Source: a virus. From it: a DNA stretch of 38,806 bases. The stretch lies in the IMG/VR virus record IMGVR_UViG_3300029578_000027, one strand, 5' to 3'. The notes under the pieces are model-generated. The model was not told the DNA's origin and ran no database searches. It was given only the letters and a program-made list of their open reading frames with translations. Positions 14,673-21,293 of this stretch are shown in pieces. Made by a program: the position numbers and the translations under genes. Every line of letters begins with the position of its first letter. The stretch's first letter is position 1.

Positions 14673-14769
14673 CTTGCTCACGCTCCTCCGGCGTCAACTG
14701 GCGATAGAGCGCCAGGGTCATGTGGTCGCGGTCCGAATCGGACACCGTGCGGGTGATCTGGTTGCTCAT
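14602..14769 (-). CDS. 55-aa protein resembling the C-terminal motif of the convergent XRE regulator
   Basis: ATG 14769 is preceded by GGGAGG at 7-nt spacing. Encodes MSNQITRTVSDSDRDHMTLALYRQLTPEEREQVNAYLAQLLASRYTPAPSPAPRG. The 3-prime 71 nt overlap the convergent gene 14346-14672. Confidence 0.4.
   Translation of the reverse strand: MSNQITRTVSDSDRDHMTLALYRQLTPEEREQVNAYLAQLLASRYTPAPSPAPRG
14731..14743. repeat. Dispersed palindrome copy 4, GTCCGAATCGGAC
   Basis: Perfect 13-mer. It lies in the small minus-strand ORF (read as SDSD), between plus-strand genes. Confidence 0.95.
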
Positions 14770-14841
14770 GGTGATGCCTCCCAAACATATATTCAAGGCC
14801 CAAGCCTCGGGCCTAATTTTAACAGATTGGATGTGGAGCGA

Positions 14842-15270
14842 ATGAAAAGGGGATTTTTAGCCGGAGTTCTGGCGACGCTGCTGGTCATGTGCCTGGTCAG
14901 CACGGCAGGCGCCACCAGCGGCAAGGTACAGCAGGAAATTGAGTATCGTGATATCAAGGTATCTCTGGACGGTCAGGTGCTGGATCTGCGGGACGCCAAG
15001 GGCAACACCGTTGAGCCCTTCATGTTCGCCGGAACGAACTATATCCCCGCCCGCGCTCTGGCGGAGTCTCTGGGCCTTCAGGTGGCGTGGGACGGCTCCA
15101 CCGCTACCGTGGTGCTGACGCACCCGGAAGCCTCCAAGCCTACCTACATCACCCGCACCGGCAGCAAATACCACAACGATCCCCATTGCAACGGTGGCAC
15201 CTACTGGGAAGTGCCTTACAGCACCGCCACCGGCATGGGCCTGACGCCCTGCGACAAGTGCGTCCACTGA
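14842..15270 (+). CDS. Secreted protein with a copper-amine-oxidase-N-like (stalk) domain and a C-terminal His/Cys motif
   Basis: Signal peptide MKRGFLAGVLATLLVMCLVSTAGA. NYIPARALAESLGLQVAWDGSTATVVL fits the Cu-amine-oxidase N1 repeat. Tail is TGSKYHNDPHCNGG...TPCDKCVH. Confidence 0.6.
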   Translation: MKRGFLAGVLATLLVMCLVSTAGATSGKVQQEIEYRDIKVSLDGQVLDLRDAKGNTVEPFMFAGTNYIPARALAESLGLQVAWDGSTATVVLTHPEASKPTYITRTGSKYHNDPHCNGGTYWEVPYSTATGMGLTPCDKCVH

Positions 15271-15273
15271 CTT

Positions 15274-15684
15274 ATGGGCTGGAGATATCGCAAAAGCGTT
15301 AAAGCAGGCCCGTTCCGCCTGAACTTTAGCAAATCCGGCATAGGGTACAGCGTCGGAAGCAAACGCTACCGCGTCACCAAAACCGCCAAGGGCACCGTCC
15401 GGGAGACCGTCACGCTGCCCGGTGGCCTGTCCCATGTGACGGAGCACAAAATCGGCAGCGGCGCAAAAAACAGCGCTCCCCAGCGCCGCCCCCGGTTCCG
15501 GGCAAAGATCGTCTGGGGCGTGCTGTTTCTCATAAGCGGCGCGGCCTATGGCGTCAAAGATCCGGAAACGGCATGGTTGACGTGCCTCGTGGGAGCCGTC
15601 CTGATCGGATGGGGCGTGTGCATCCGCAGAAAACTCAAAAATTCGGAACGTCCTGTTGCTGAGACGTCAGAAGAAGATAAATAA
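15274..15684 (+). CDS. DUF4236-like membrane protein
   Basis: N-terminus MGWRYRKSVKAGPFRLNFSKSGIGYSVG matches the DUF4236 signature. Two predicted C-terminal TM helices. Confidence 0.6.
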   Translation: MGWRYRKSVKAGPFRLNFSKSGIGYSVGSKRYRVTKTAKGTVRETVTLPGGLSHVTEHKIGSGAKNSAPQRRPRFRAKIVWGVLFLISGAAYGVKDPETAWLTCLVGAVLIGWGVCIRRKLKNSERPVAETSEEDK

Positions 15685-15688
15685 GTAA

Positions 15689-15733
15689 GTGCCCCGTCGC
15701 CTCTGCAACAAGCGGCGGGGCACTTTGCGTTTC
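15689..15733 (+). terminator. Intrinsic terminator (plus strand)
   Basis: A 12-bp stem, GTGCCCCGTCGC (15689-15700) with GCGGCGGGGCAC (15712-15723), including one G-U pair, followed by TTTGCGTTTC. Confidence 0.7.
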
Positions 15734-15889
15734 CGGCAGAGGGGGCGTCTGCCTGTCCGCAAGGAAACCGTACCAGAAATGGGTTTGGCAGCGCAATGCC
15801 CAAATTGGGGAAATGTGCAGTATACTGCCGGACCGGATTTGAGACTTTACCTGCCCATATTGGGAAATTTAACACAGGAGGGCGATTTT

Positions 15890-16303
15890 TTGACGATACA
15901 AGATCTATGCAGAGATAAAAAAGCCGCGTTGCACATGACGGCGCAAGACATCGCGGATCAATCGGGCGTGCCGCTGTCCACCGTCAATAACTTTTTTGCA
16001 AATGCGTCAAAAGCGCCATCCATCAATACCGCGGGGCCGATCTGCGCTGTCCTGGGGATTTCCATTGATGAGTTTTTTGGCATAGGGAATCACTATACGG
16101 CCACGGAAGAAACCTTGCAGGCTGAGAAAGTCGGCCTTGAGAAGCGTCTATCCAACAAACGTGAGATCATTACGATGATAAAGCAGGGCGTCAAGACCCG
16201 GAACCGCATCATTGCCGCCCTGATCGTGCTCCTGTTCCTGGCCATCCTGTACGGCCTGTATCTGGATTTCAGCTGCGTCCAGGTCGGCTTCTGGCGGGGG
16301 TAA
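15890..16303 (+). CDS. Membrane-anchored XRE HTH protein
   Basis: TTG start at 15890 lies 6 nt after AGGAGGG. HTH segment MTAQDIADQSGVPLSTVNNFF. C-terminal TM helix IIAALIVLLFLAILYGLYL. The tracked ORF starts at 15689 inside the terminator. Confidence 0.6.
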   Translation: MTIQDLCRDKKAALHMTAQDIADQSGVPLSTVNNFFANASKAPSINTAGPICAVLGISIDEFFGIGNHYTATEETLQAEKVGLEKRLSNKREIITMIKQGVKTRNRIIAALIVLLFLAILYGLYLDFSCVQVGFWRG

Positions 16304-16306
16304 CTC

Positions 16307-17341
16307 ATGGCAAGATACCCGAAATACTACGTCCGGCCTGACGGCCTCCATGAGACCATCCTCCGGATCAACGGCAAGCGCAAAGCCTTCCGGGGAAAAA
16401 CCGATAAAGAAGTCTGGGAAAAGGTCAAGGCATTTGACCGGGAGGCGGACCGCATCGAAACGGAAAAGGCCGCCGTATTTGAGAAAATCGCGGACGCATG
16501 GTGGTCGGAGATCGAACCGACCTTAGAGCACAATACCCAAAAAAGCTACCGTCCGGCGCTGGCCAGGGCCAAGAAGGAATTTGCCGGACGGCCCCCCGGC
16601 GAGATCACCGCGAAGGAGATCGACCAGTATATCAAGGACTTCTCCGCAACCCGCGCCCGGAAAACCGTGGTGACCCAGTTGCAGATCATCCGGCAGATCT
16701 TCCGCAAGGCCGAAGTGGACGGCATTGTGAGCTACAACCCGGCCAGCGCCGTAAAGCCGCCCCGGAACCTGACGCAGACCCACCGGGACGCGCCCCCTCC
16801 GGAGCAGATCGAACTCATAAAAAAAAGCGCAGGCCTCCCCTTCGGCCTGTTTGCCTTCCTCGTCTATTACACCGGCTGCCGCCGGGGCGAAGCGCTGGCC
16901 CTCACCGGCGCCGACATCGACCGGAAGAAAAATCTTGTACACATCAAAAAATCCGTGTATCATGTAGGCAACTCGCCCCATATCAAACAGCCGAAGTCTG
17001 ACGCCGGATGCCGGGACGTTCCGCTGCTTCCGGCGCTGGCCAAGCTGCTCCCCAAAAAGCTGGGAAAAGGCTACCTGTTCGCGGAGCCGGACGGCGGCCT
17101 CCTGACAAACGACCATTTTACCGCGCTGTATGATGCGTACCGGGACGCCAGCGGTGTCACCGTCACGCCGCACCAGATCCGACACGGCTACGCCACCGCC
17201 CTGCTGGAAAGCGGAGTGGACCCCAAAACGGCGCAGGTGCTCCTTGGGCACGCCCAGCTGTCCACCACCATGGACATCTACACCCACGTCCGGGACGGCC
17301 AGCTGAAGGCCGCTGCGGAAAAGATGGAAAAGGGCTTCTAA
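16307..17341 (+). CDS. int: Tyrosine integrase
   Basis: Catalytic signature TGCRRGEAL, HQIRHGYAT, LGHAQLSTTMDIYTHV. Adjacent to a tRNA-end fragment. Confidence 0.92.
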   Translation: MARYPKYYVRPDGLHETILRINGKRKAFRGKTDKEVWEKVKAFDREADRIETEKAAVFEKIADAWWSEIEPTLEHNTQKSYRPALARAKKEFAGRPPGEITAKEIDQYIKDFSATRARKTVVTQLQIIRQIFRKAEVDGIVSYNPASAVKPPRNLTQTHRDAPPPEQIELIKKSAGLPFGLFAFLVYYTGCRRGEALALTGADIDRKKNLVHIKKSVYHVGNSPHIKQPKSDAGCRDVPLLPALAKLLPKKLGKGYLFAEPDGGLLTNDHFTALYDAYRDASGVTVTPHQIRHGYATALLESGVDPKTAQVLLGHAQLSTTMDIYTHVRDGQLKAAAEKMEKGF

Positions 17342-17357
17342 ACACATATTTTCCGGC

Positions 17358-17377
17358 TGAACACACTTCTGAACACA
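17358..17377 (+). repeat. Arm-type direct repeats TGAACACA x2 (12-bp spacing), left of core
   Basis: Copies at 17358-17365 and 17370-17377. Confidence 0.8.
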
Positions 17378-17413
17378 GAAACCCGCAGATCGTTGAAAAC
17401 AGCCGGAAAGAAT

Positions 17414-17440
17414 AGGGTTCAAATCCCTCCTTCCGCGCCA
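17414..17440 (+). other. tRNA 3-prime-end fragment (T-arm, acceptor 3-prime strand and CCA): probable attP core
   Basis: AGGGTTCAAATCCCTCCTTCCGCGCCA. Contains a GGTTCAAATCC T-loop, a 7-nt acceptor strand, discriminator G and CCA. No matching 5-prime acceptor strand (GCGGAAG) lies upstream, so this is not a whole tRNA. Confidence 0.75.
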
Positions 17441-17449
17441 AATGAAAAA

Positions 17450-17486
17450 CCGCTGGAATTGCTTGCAACGCTTGCAATTCCAGCGG
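17450..17486. terminator. Bidirectional hairpin terminator
   Basis: 13-bp stem CCGCTGGAATTGC / GCAATTCCAGCGG, flanked by AAAAA upstream and TTTTT downstream. Confidence 0.75.
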
Positions 17487-17545
17487 TTTTTCGCCGTTTT
17501 TAGCTGACAGTTAAAACCAGATAGAACCGGTTATGATGGGATGTG

Positions 17546-17565
17546 TGAACACAGTTCCGAACACA
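17546..17565 (+). repeat. Arm-type direct repeats TGAACACA / CGAACACA (12-bp spacing), right of core
   Basis: Copies at 17546-17553 and 17558-17565, in the same orientation as the left pair. Confidence 0.8.
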
Positions 17566-17572
17566 GTCGGCC

Positions 17573-18070
17573 CTACTTTCCCGCTTGGACGATACCGAAA
17601 TAGTAGGCAGCCAGCTTGTCCCGAAAACCAGGACCGTCTTTGTCAAACAAAAATGCTTGCGCCATCTCGCCAAAAAAGCCAACGGTCTTGATCCCATAGT
17701 GCAGCGCTACCTCGCTGTAGTCGGCGTACATCATATTTACGGTGATCCACCAGCACCACGGGGGTACCTGATCCGCAGAGATCCCCATGCTGTCCGCCAA
17801 AGCGCTGGTCTGCTCAATAGGCCAATGTGGGCCAGTTGTGCCATCAGCGTTTTCCAAGCCAGCCGCCCATTTTTCCGCTTCCGTTTTGGTAAAATCCATT
17901 TTCCAGCGGAGTAGCACGTCTCGTCTGGTCAAAGATTTTTCCGCCGAAGCGGTAATGTTAAGCTGAGATCGGATGGCGTAAAGGATCGACAACCGTTCAT
18001 AGTTTTTCCAACTGGACGGCTCCGCCTCCAACCGTTTGATCCACAAGGACAACTCCTGCTCATCGATCAT
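17573..18070 (-). CDS. Cargo cassette protein 8 (165 aa, unknown function)
   Basis: Clean ORF and last gene before attP. Conserved-looking segment ENADGTTGPHWPIEQT. Confidence 0.6.
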   Translation of the reverse strand: MIDEQELSLWIKRLEAEPSSWKNYERLSILYAIRSQLNITASAEKSLTRRDVLLRWKMDFTKTEAEKWAAGLENADGTTGPHWPIEQTSALADSMGISADQVPPWCWWITVNMMYADYSEVALHYGIKTVGFFGEMAQAFLFDKDGPGFRDKLAAYYFGIVQAGK

Positions 18071-18084
18071 GGGGCCGCACCCCC

Positions 18085-18450
18085 TTATCCCTCCACGGCG
18101 TCCATGCAGCGCTGGATCGCGCTACGAATGGTATCATCATCAGCATCGTCCAGCATATCCCGGAGCTGACGGCGCATAGATTCCCGGCCGTCGTCGCGGC
18201 TGTAATGGCCACGGACATAATGTCTCCGGGCATAGGAGCTGCCACGGCTATAACCGCGCAGATCATCGTCCAGATACCGCCCGGAATAGCCGCGCTCGTC
18301 CATCGCCTCGATCTTGTCGATGTTTTTGATGGTATCGGTCAGCTTGTGGGCAATGTCCAGATCCCCGGCACCCAGCTCGCCCTTGCGGATCAGCTCGTCA
18401 AGTTCCTTGCAGAGCATATCCCGCAGTTCATACATAGATTTCATTCCCAT
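18085..18450 (-). CDS. Cargo cassette protein 7 (121 aa; helical ends with an Arg/Tyr/Ser/Gly-rich centre)
   Basis: ATG 18450 is preceded by AAAGGAG. Low-complexity core GYSGRYLDDDLRGYSRGSSYARRHYVRGHYSRDDG. Confidence 0.6.
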   Translation of the reverse strand: MGMKSMYELRDMLCKELDELIRKGELGAGDLDIAHKLTDTIKNIDKIEAMDERGYSGRYLDDDLRGYSRGSSYARRHYVRGHYSRDDGRESMRRQLRDMLDDADDDTIRSAIQRCMDAVEG

Positions 18451-18464
18451 TGTGTTCTCCTTTC

Positions 18465-18890
18465 TCAGCAAACTCTGGTAATGATAAGGTTCGCGTTTCT
18501 CACGTCAATGTCCTCGCCACTAACGTTGCGGATGGACAGCGACGCGCAGCAGCCCTTTGTAACGTCAACGTACTCGGATGCCGCCACGTTAAAAAATGCC
18601 CCCGCCGCTGTGGGCGTCACCGTCGCAACGGAGGACGGCAGAGGCTCACCGTCAACCGCAATGGCAACGGAGATGGGGCCGGGGGTTCCGCCGGTGCTTA
18701 CGGCGATGTTGCCGATAAAGTCCACCTTGTAGCGGATGCGGCACTGGGAACAGTTCCCCCGAAGATTAAACAGGCCAGAGCCTACCCGGTGAGTGACAAG
18801 GCCCTTTGTGCAGGGGATCGGTGCCTCGGTAAAAAGCACGTTCTGATTTGCCGCCACAGTCTGCGTGGCAATCGCAGTGTATTCAGGCAT
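18465..18890 (-). CDS. Cargo cassette protein 6 (141 aa; beta-rich, Cys-containing, possibly C1q/BclA-C-like jelly roll)
   Basis: ATG 18890 is preceded by AAAGGAG. The alternating beta-strand pattern and Cys pairs (GNCSQC, KGCC, terminal RVC) suggest the fold, but the fold call is inference only. Confidence 0.55.
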   Translation of the reverse strand: MPEYTAIATQTVAANQNVLFTEAPIPCTKGLVTHRVGSGLFNLRGNCSQCRIRYKVDFIGNIAVSTGGTPGPISVAIAVDGEPLPSSVATVTPTAAGAFFNVAASEYVDVTKGCCASLSIRNVSGEDIDVRNANLIITRVC

Positions 18891-18904
18891 AGAAAACTCC
18901 TTTC

Positions 18905-18938
18905 ATAAAATCAGCGGCAGGGCTATTGCCCCGCCGCT
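18905..18938 (-). terminator. Intrinsic terminator inside the cargo cassette
   Basis: Minus-strand RNA forms an 11-bp stem (AGCGGCGGGGC-AAUA-GCCCUGCCGCU, one G-U pair), followed by GAUUUUAU. Confidence 0.65.
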
Positions 18939-19005
18939 TTGGTTTAGCATCGACACGGGGCCGATCATTTTGCCATTATCGGCAAAAAGCTACGCTATGC
19001 AGTTG

Positions 19006-19728
19006 TCAGCAGCCGCAACCGGCAAACTGGTTGCAGCAATAGGGGTTCTGCACCGTGTAGGCCGGAATGGGAGAGGGCCGGAGCTGAGACACCAGATAGC
19101 TGTTCTGTGCCGCCTGAGATGCGGCCAGCTTCAAGCCCTGATTCTCGCTCTGGAGATCCTGCAGCTTGCTCTGGGTCAGGAAATCGAGGATCGCGCGGCT
19201 GTTGCTGTTGGCATTGTCGATAATGTCCCGGGTGGCGTTCTGCACCGTGTTCCGGGTGTCGCAAGCCTGCGCCGCCATATCATAGCGCACGCCCTCGATG
19301 CTGCGCTGGGTGTTGCAGCAGCACTCGGCGGCCTGCATCTGCATGGCAGTCAGCTGCTGCATGAGTGCCGCCTGCTGGTTGGCGCGGGAAAGCTCGGCCT
19401 GTCCGAAGCCGTTTGCCATTGCCATGTTGGTGTTGTTGATGAGCTGCGCCTGCTGGTAAAAACCGTTGCACAGGCCGTCGTTTACACTGTCGATCTTGCG
19501 CTCAACATTGGCAAAGTCAGAGGTCAGCACATAGCCGTCGACCACGCCGCCGCCATTGCCGCCGTTGTTGCCCCAGCCGTTGCCGCCCCAGCCGCAAAAA
19601 ACAAACAAAAACAGGATAATGATCCACCATGCACCGTCACCGCCCCAGCCAAAGCCGCCGCTGCCGCCGGAATTTGCGGGAGCCACAGGCATCGTCAGCA
19701 TGGGAGCGCCGTCAGAGGAAAGAGACAT
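19006..19728 (-). CDS. Cargo cassette protein 5 (240 aa; Gly/Trp-rich transmembrane N-terminus, Gln/Asn-rich coiled coil, Cys-rich ends)
   Basis: ATG 19728 is preceded by AAAGGAG. N-terminus GGSGGFGWGGDGAWWIIILFLFVFCGWGGNGWGNNGGNGGG resembles YjcZ-type sporulation peptides. Also has an AECCCN motif and ends NPYCCNQFAGCGC. Confidence 0.6.
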   Translation of the reverse strand: MSLSSDGAPMLTMPVAPANSGGSGGFGWGGDGAWWIIILFLFVFCGWGGNGWGNNGGNGGGVVDGYVLTSDFANVERKIDSVNDGLCNGFYQQAQLINNTNMAMANGFGQAELSRANQQAALMQQLTAMQMQAAECCCNTQRSIEGVRYDMAAQACDTRNTVQNATRDIIDNANSNSRAILDFLTQSKLQDLQSENQGLKLAASQAAQNSYLVSQLRPSPIPAYTVQNPYCCNQFAGCGC

Positions 19729-19760
19729 AGAAAAACTCCTTTCGATTTTTTATTCATCAA

Positions 19761-19774
19761 ATCGTGGCCACGAT
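19761..19774. repeat. Perfect 14-nt palindrome ATCGTGGCCACGAT upstream of the 240-aa gene
   Basis: Read directly in the 51-bp gap between 19728 and 19780. Confidence 0.8.
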
Positions 19775-19779
19775 GTTGA

Positions 19780-19992
19780 TTACTTTATAAGCCCTTGAAA
19801 CTGTTTCGCCATTTCCTGCAGCTGGTTCAACTGGCTCTGAGACATTTTGCCGGATTGCAGAAGTTTCTCCACTTCCGCCTTCGGGTCCCCCTGAAACGAG
19901 GAGCGGAATTGATTAAACTGCTGCATCATCTGCTGAAACCGGCCTACCGGCGTGTTCCCGCCGCCAAGCGCGTTGAAAAATGGGTTAGCCAT
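19780..19992 (-). CDS. Cargo cassette protein 4 (70 aa, Gln/Met-rich helical)
   Basis: Clean ORF encoding MANPFFNALGGGNTPVGRFQQMMQQFNQFRSSFQGDPKAEVEKLL... Confidence 0.55.
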   Translation of the reverse strand: MANPFFNALGGGNTPVGRFQQMMQQFNQFRSSFQGDPKAEVEKLLQSGKMSQSQLNQLQEMAKQFQGLIK

Positions 19993-20419
19993 CCGCGTCC
20001 GCCTCCTTCGCCTTCTTTTTGCCCTTCATGCCGTCCACGACCGCCGCCAGCGCGTCAAATTCTTCTCGGGTGACAAACTTCACCGGGTCTGTCGTGGGCG
20101 CTGTATGGGGCGTTTCTGCGCGTTCTACGAGGTCGTAGATCGTAAGTGAGGGTTTACCGCTGGCATCTGCCTTTTTGAGGTACACCGTAGGCGCGGAGCT
20201 ATCCCACAACGCCACAGCGGCGTTGGGCGCGATCATCCAGTTTCGGGCCTCCTGTTCCCCACTGACCCACTGCACGCCGCTCTGCGCCACCGGGTTTTGC
20301 GGGGCCTGCGGCATCTGGGGTGTCATGGGCTGCATCTGCTGCTGGCGCATCTGCATGAGGTTATCCGGCATAGGCGGTGCGTAATAGGGATTTTGCCATC
20401 CGTAAGGTGTGTAAGCCAT
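19985..20419 (-). CDS. Cargo cassette protein 3 (144 aa; Pro/Gln/Met-rich N-terminus plus a small globular domain)
   Basis: ATG 20419 lies 9 nt after AAGGAGG. N-terminus AYTPYGWQNPYYAPPMPDNLMQMRQQQMQPM. Confidence 0.55.
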   Translation of the reverse strand: MAYTPYGWQNPYYAPPMPDNLMQMRQQQMQPMTPQMPQAPQNPVAQSGVQWVSGEQEARNWMIAPNAAVALWDSSAPTVYLKKADASGKPSLTIYDLVERAETPHTAPTTDPVKFVTREEFDALAAVVDGMKGKKKAKEADADG

Positions 20420-20420
20420 T

Positions 20421-20801
20421 TTAGTCATCCTCCTTGACCCAGTAATACAAGATATTCTCGTTGCTGCTGTCCCAACTGTCCCAGATCATGCCGTCGCAAA
20501 CGCAGACCACATGGCCGGATAGCGCCAGAATATAGGTGCCTTTGGGGTGATCCTCCGCAAATTGACCCACCGTGTAGCAGTCCGGGCAGGTGTCCGGCAC
20601 GATGTACCGCCGATATCCGATGCTGCGGAGATACCGCCCCCAACAAGCGTTTGCCGACGGCATATCACCATCCAGATACCCTTGGATGCACAGCCGCAAA
20701 TAAATTTCGCCCCAATCCTTGCCGGTAGCCTTTACGATTGCCCGCACGGTGCAATCCCCCACATTTTTCCCGCAGGGGTTGGGGTTGAAATGGTTATACA
20801 T
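20421..20801 (-). CDS. Cargo cassette protein 2 (about 126 aa; Cys/His-containing, possibly papain-like)
   Basis: GDCTVRAI ... SGHVVCVCDG ... WDSWD ordered as Cys-His-Asp. The start at 20801 overlaps the upstream stop. The fold assignment is inference. Confidence 0.5.
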   Translation of the reverse strand: MYNHFNPNPCGKNVGDCTVRAIVKATGKDWGEIYLRLCIQGYLDGDMPSANACWGRYLRSIGYRRYIVPDTCPDCYTVGQFAEDHPKGTYILALSGHVVCVCDGMIWDSWDSSNENILYYWVKEDD

Positions 20802-20931
20802 ATTCCCTCCGGTCATCGTATAAAAGCTCAATCATGCGCACACAGCGTTCCAGCTCCGCCGGATCGGTCTGCGCAACAATATCTCGCGCCAACTCCGCCG
20901 GATACCCGCAGGCCAAAAGCCGCTCGTACAT
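20794..20931 (-). CDS. Cargo cassette protein 1 (45 aa)
   Basis: ATG 20931 lies 8 nt after AGGAGG. The tracked ORF extends to 21060 through a terminator hairpin, which is not credible. Confidence 0.45.
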   Translation of the reverse strand: MYERLLACGYPAELARDIVAQTDPAELERCVRMIELLYDDRREYV

Positions 20932-20952
20932 TGTGTGCGCCTCCTTTACACC

Positions 20953-21020
20953 TATATAGTACAAAAAATCCGGACAGCCAAACTGCCCGGAAACTGCCTG
21001 TATTCTGCCCTCAAACTGCC
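20953..21020 (-). promoter_or_regulatory. Candidate regulated promoter of the cargo cassette: three phased GGCAGTTT repeats upstream of a TACTATATA -10-like element
   Basis: In plus-strand reading, AAACTGCC occurs at 20980, 20991 and 21013 (spacings 11 and 22 bp). The -10-like element is at 20953-20961. No recognisable -35. Confidence 0.4.
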
Positions 21021-21055
21021 CGAAAAAAGCCGTGTCCGATTCGGACACGGCTTTT
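21021..21055 (-). terminator. Intrinsic terminator built around dispersed palindrome copy 5
   Basis: Perfect 31-nt palindrome AAAAGCCGTGTCCGATTCGGACACGGCTTTT (21025-21055), with the core 13-mer at 21034-21046. On the minus strand it is followed by TTTTTT. Confidence 0.75.
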
Positions 21056-21056
21056 C

Positions 21057-21293
21057 TCATCCCTGCATATCATCCGCAATCTTGGCGTAGGCACGCCGCC
21101 GGATTTTCGCGAGGCCGTCCACGCTGACGTGGAGCAGCGCCGCCGCCTGTAGGCAACTTTGCCCGTTGACGTCCACCGCCAGCACCGCCGTCTCCTCGTC
21201 AGGCGGAAGCCCTACCAGCCGGACGGCCTGCGCCGCCCGGGCCGGGGCCATGGATGACAACAGCGCCCGGATCTCTCGGTTTGTTTTTTCCAT
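21057..21293 (-). CDS. Small sigma-70 region-4-like HTH protein
   Basis: LPPDEETAVLAVDVNGQSCLQAAALLHVSVDGLAKIRRRAYAKI parallels the region 4.2 pattern (LPxxxRxVLxL...S..EIA..LGxSxGTVKSRL.RA). Confidence 0.6.
   Translation of the reverse strand: MEKTNREIRALLSSMAPARAAQAVRLVGLPPDEETAVLAVDVNGQSCLQAAALLHVSVDGLAKIRRRAYAKIADDMQG

Larger units (their letters stand above)
17342..17572. other. attP region
   Basis: Non-coding 231 bp between int and the cargo cassette. Holds a tRNA 3-prime end, paired GAACACA arm repeats on both sides, and a terminator hairpin. Confidence 0.7.

Noticed and set aside
17350-17440. Possible complete tRNA gene
   Set aside because: Only the T-arm, 3-prime acceptor strand and CCA are present. 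No complementary 5-prime acceptor strand (GCGGAAG), D-arm or anticodon arm could be found upstream. It is interpreted as the attP core.
20932-21060. N-terminal 43 codons of tracked ORF 20794-21060
   Set aside because: This extension runs through the 31-nt palindromic terminator and the phased repeats, and has no RBS. An internal ATG at 20931 has AGGAGG at 8-nt spacing.
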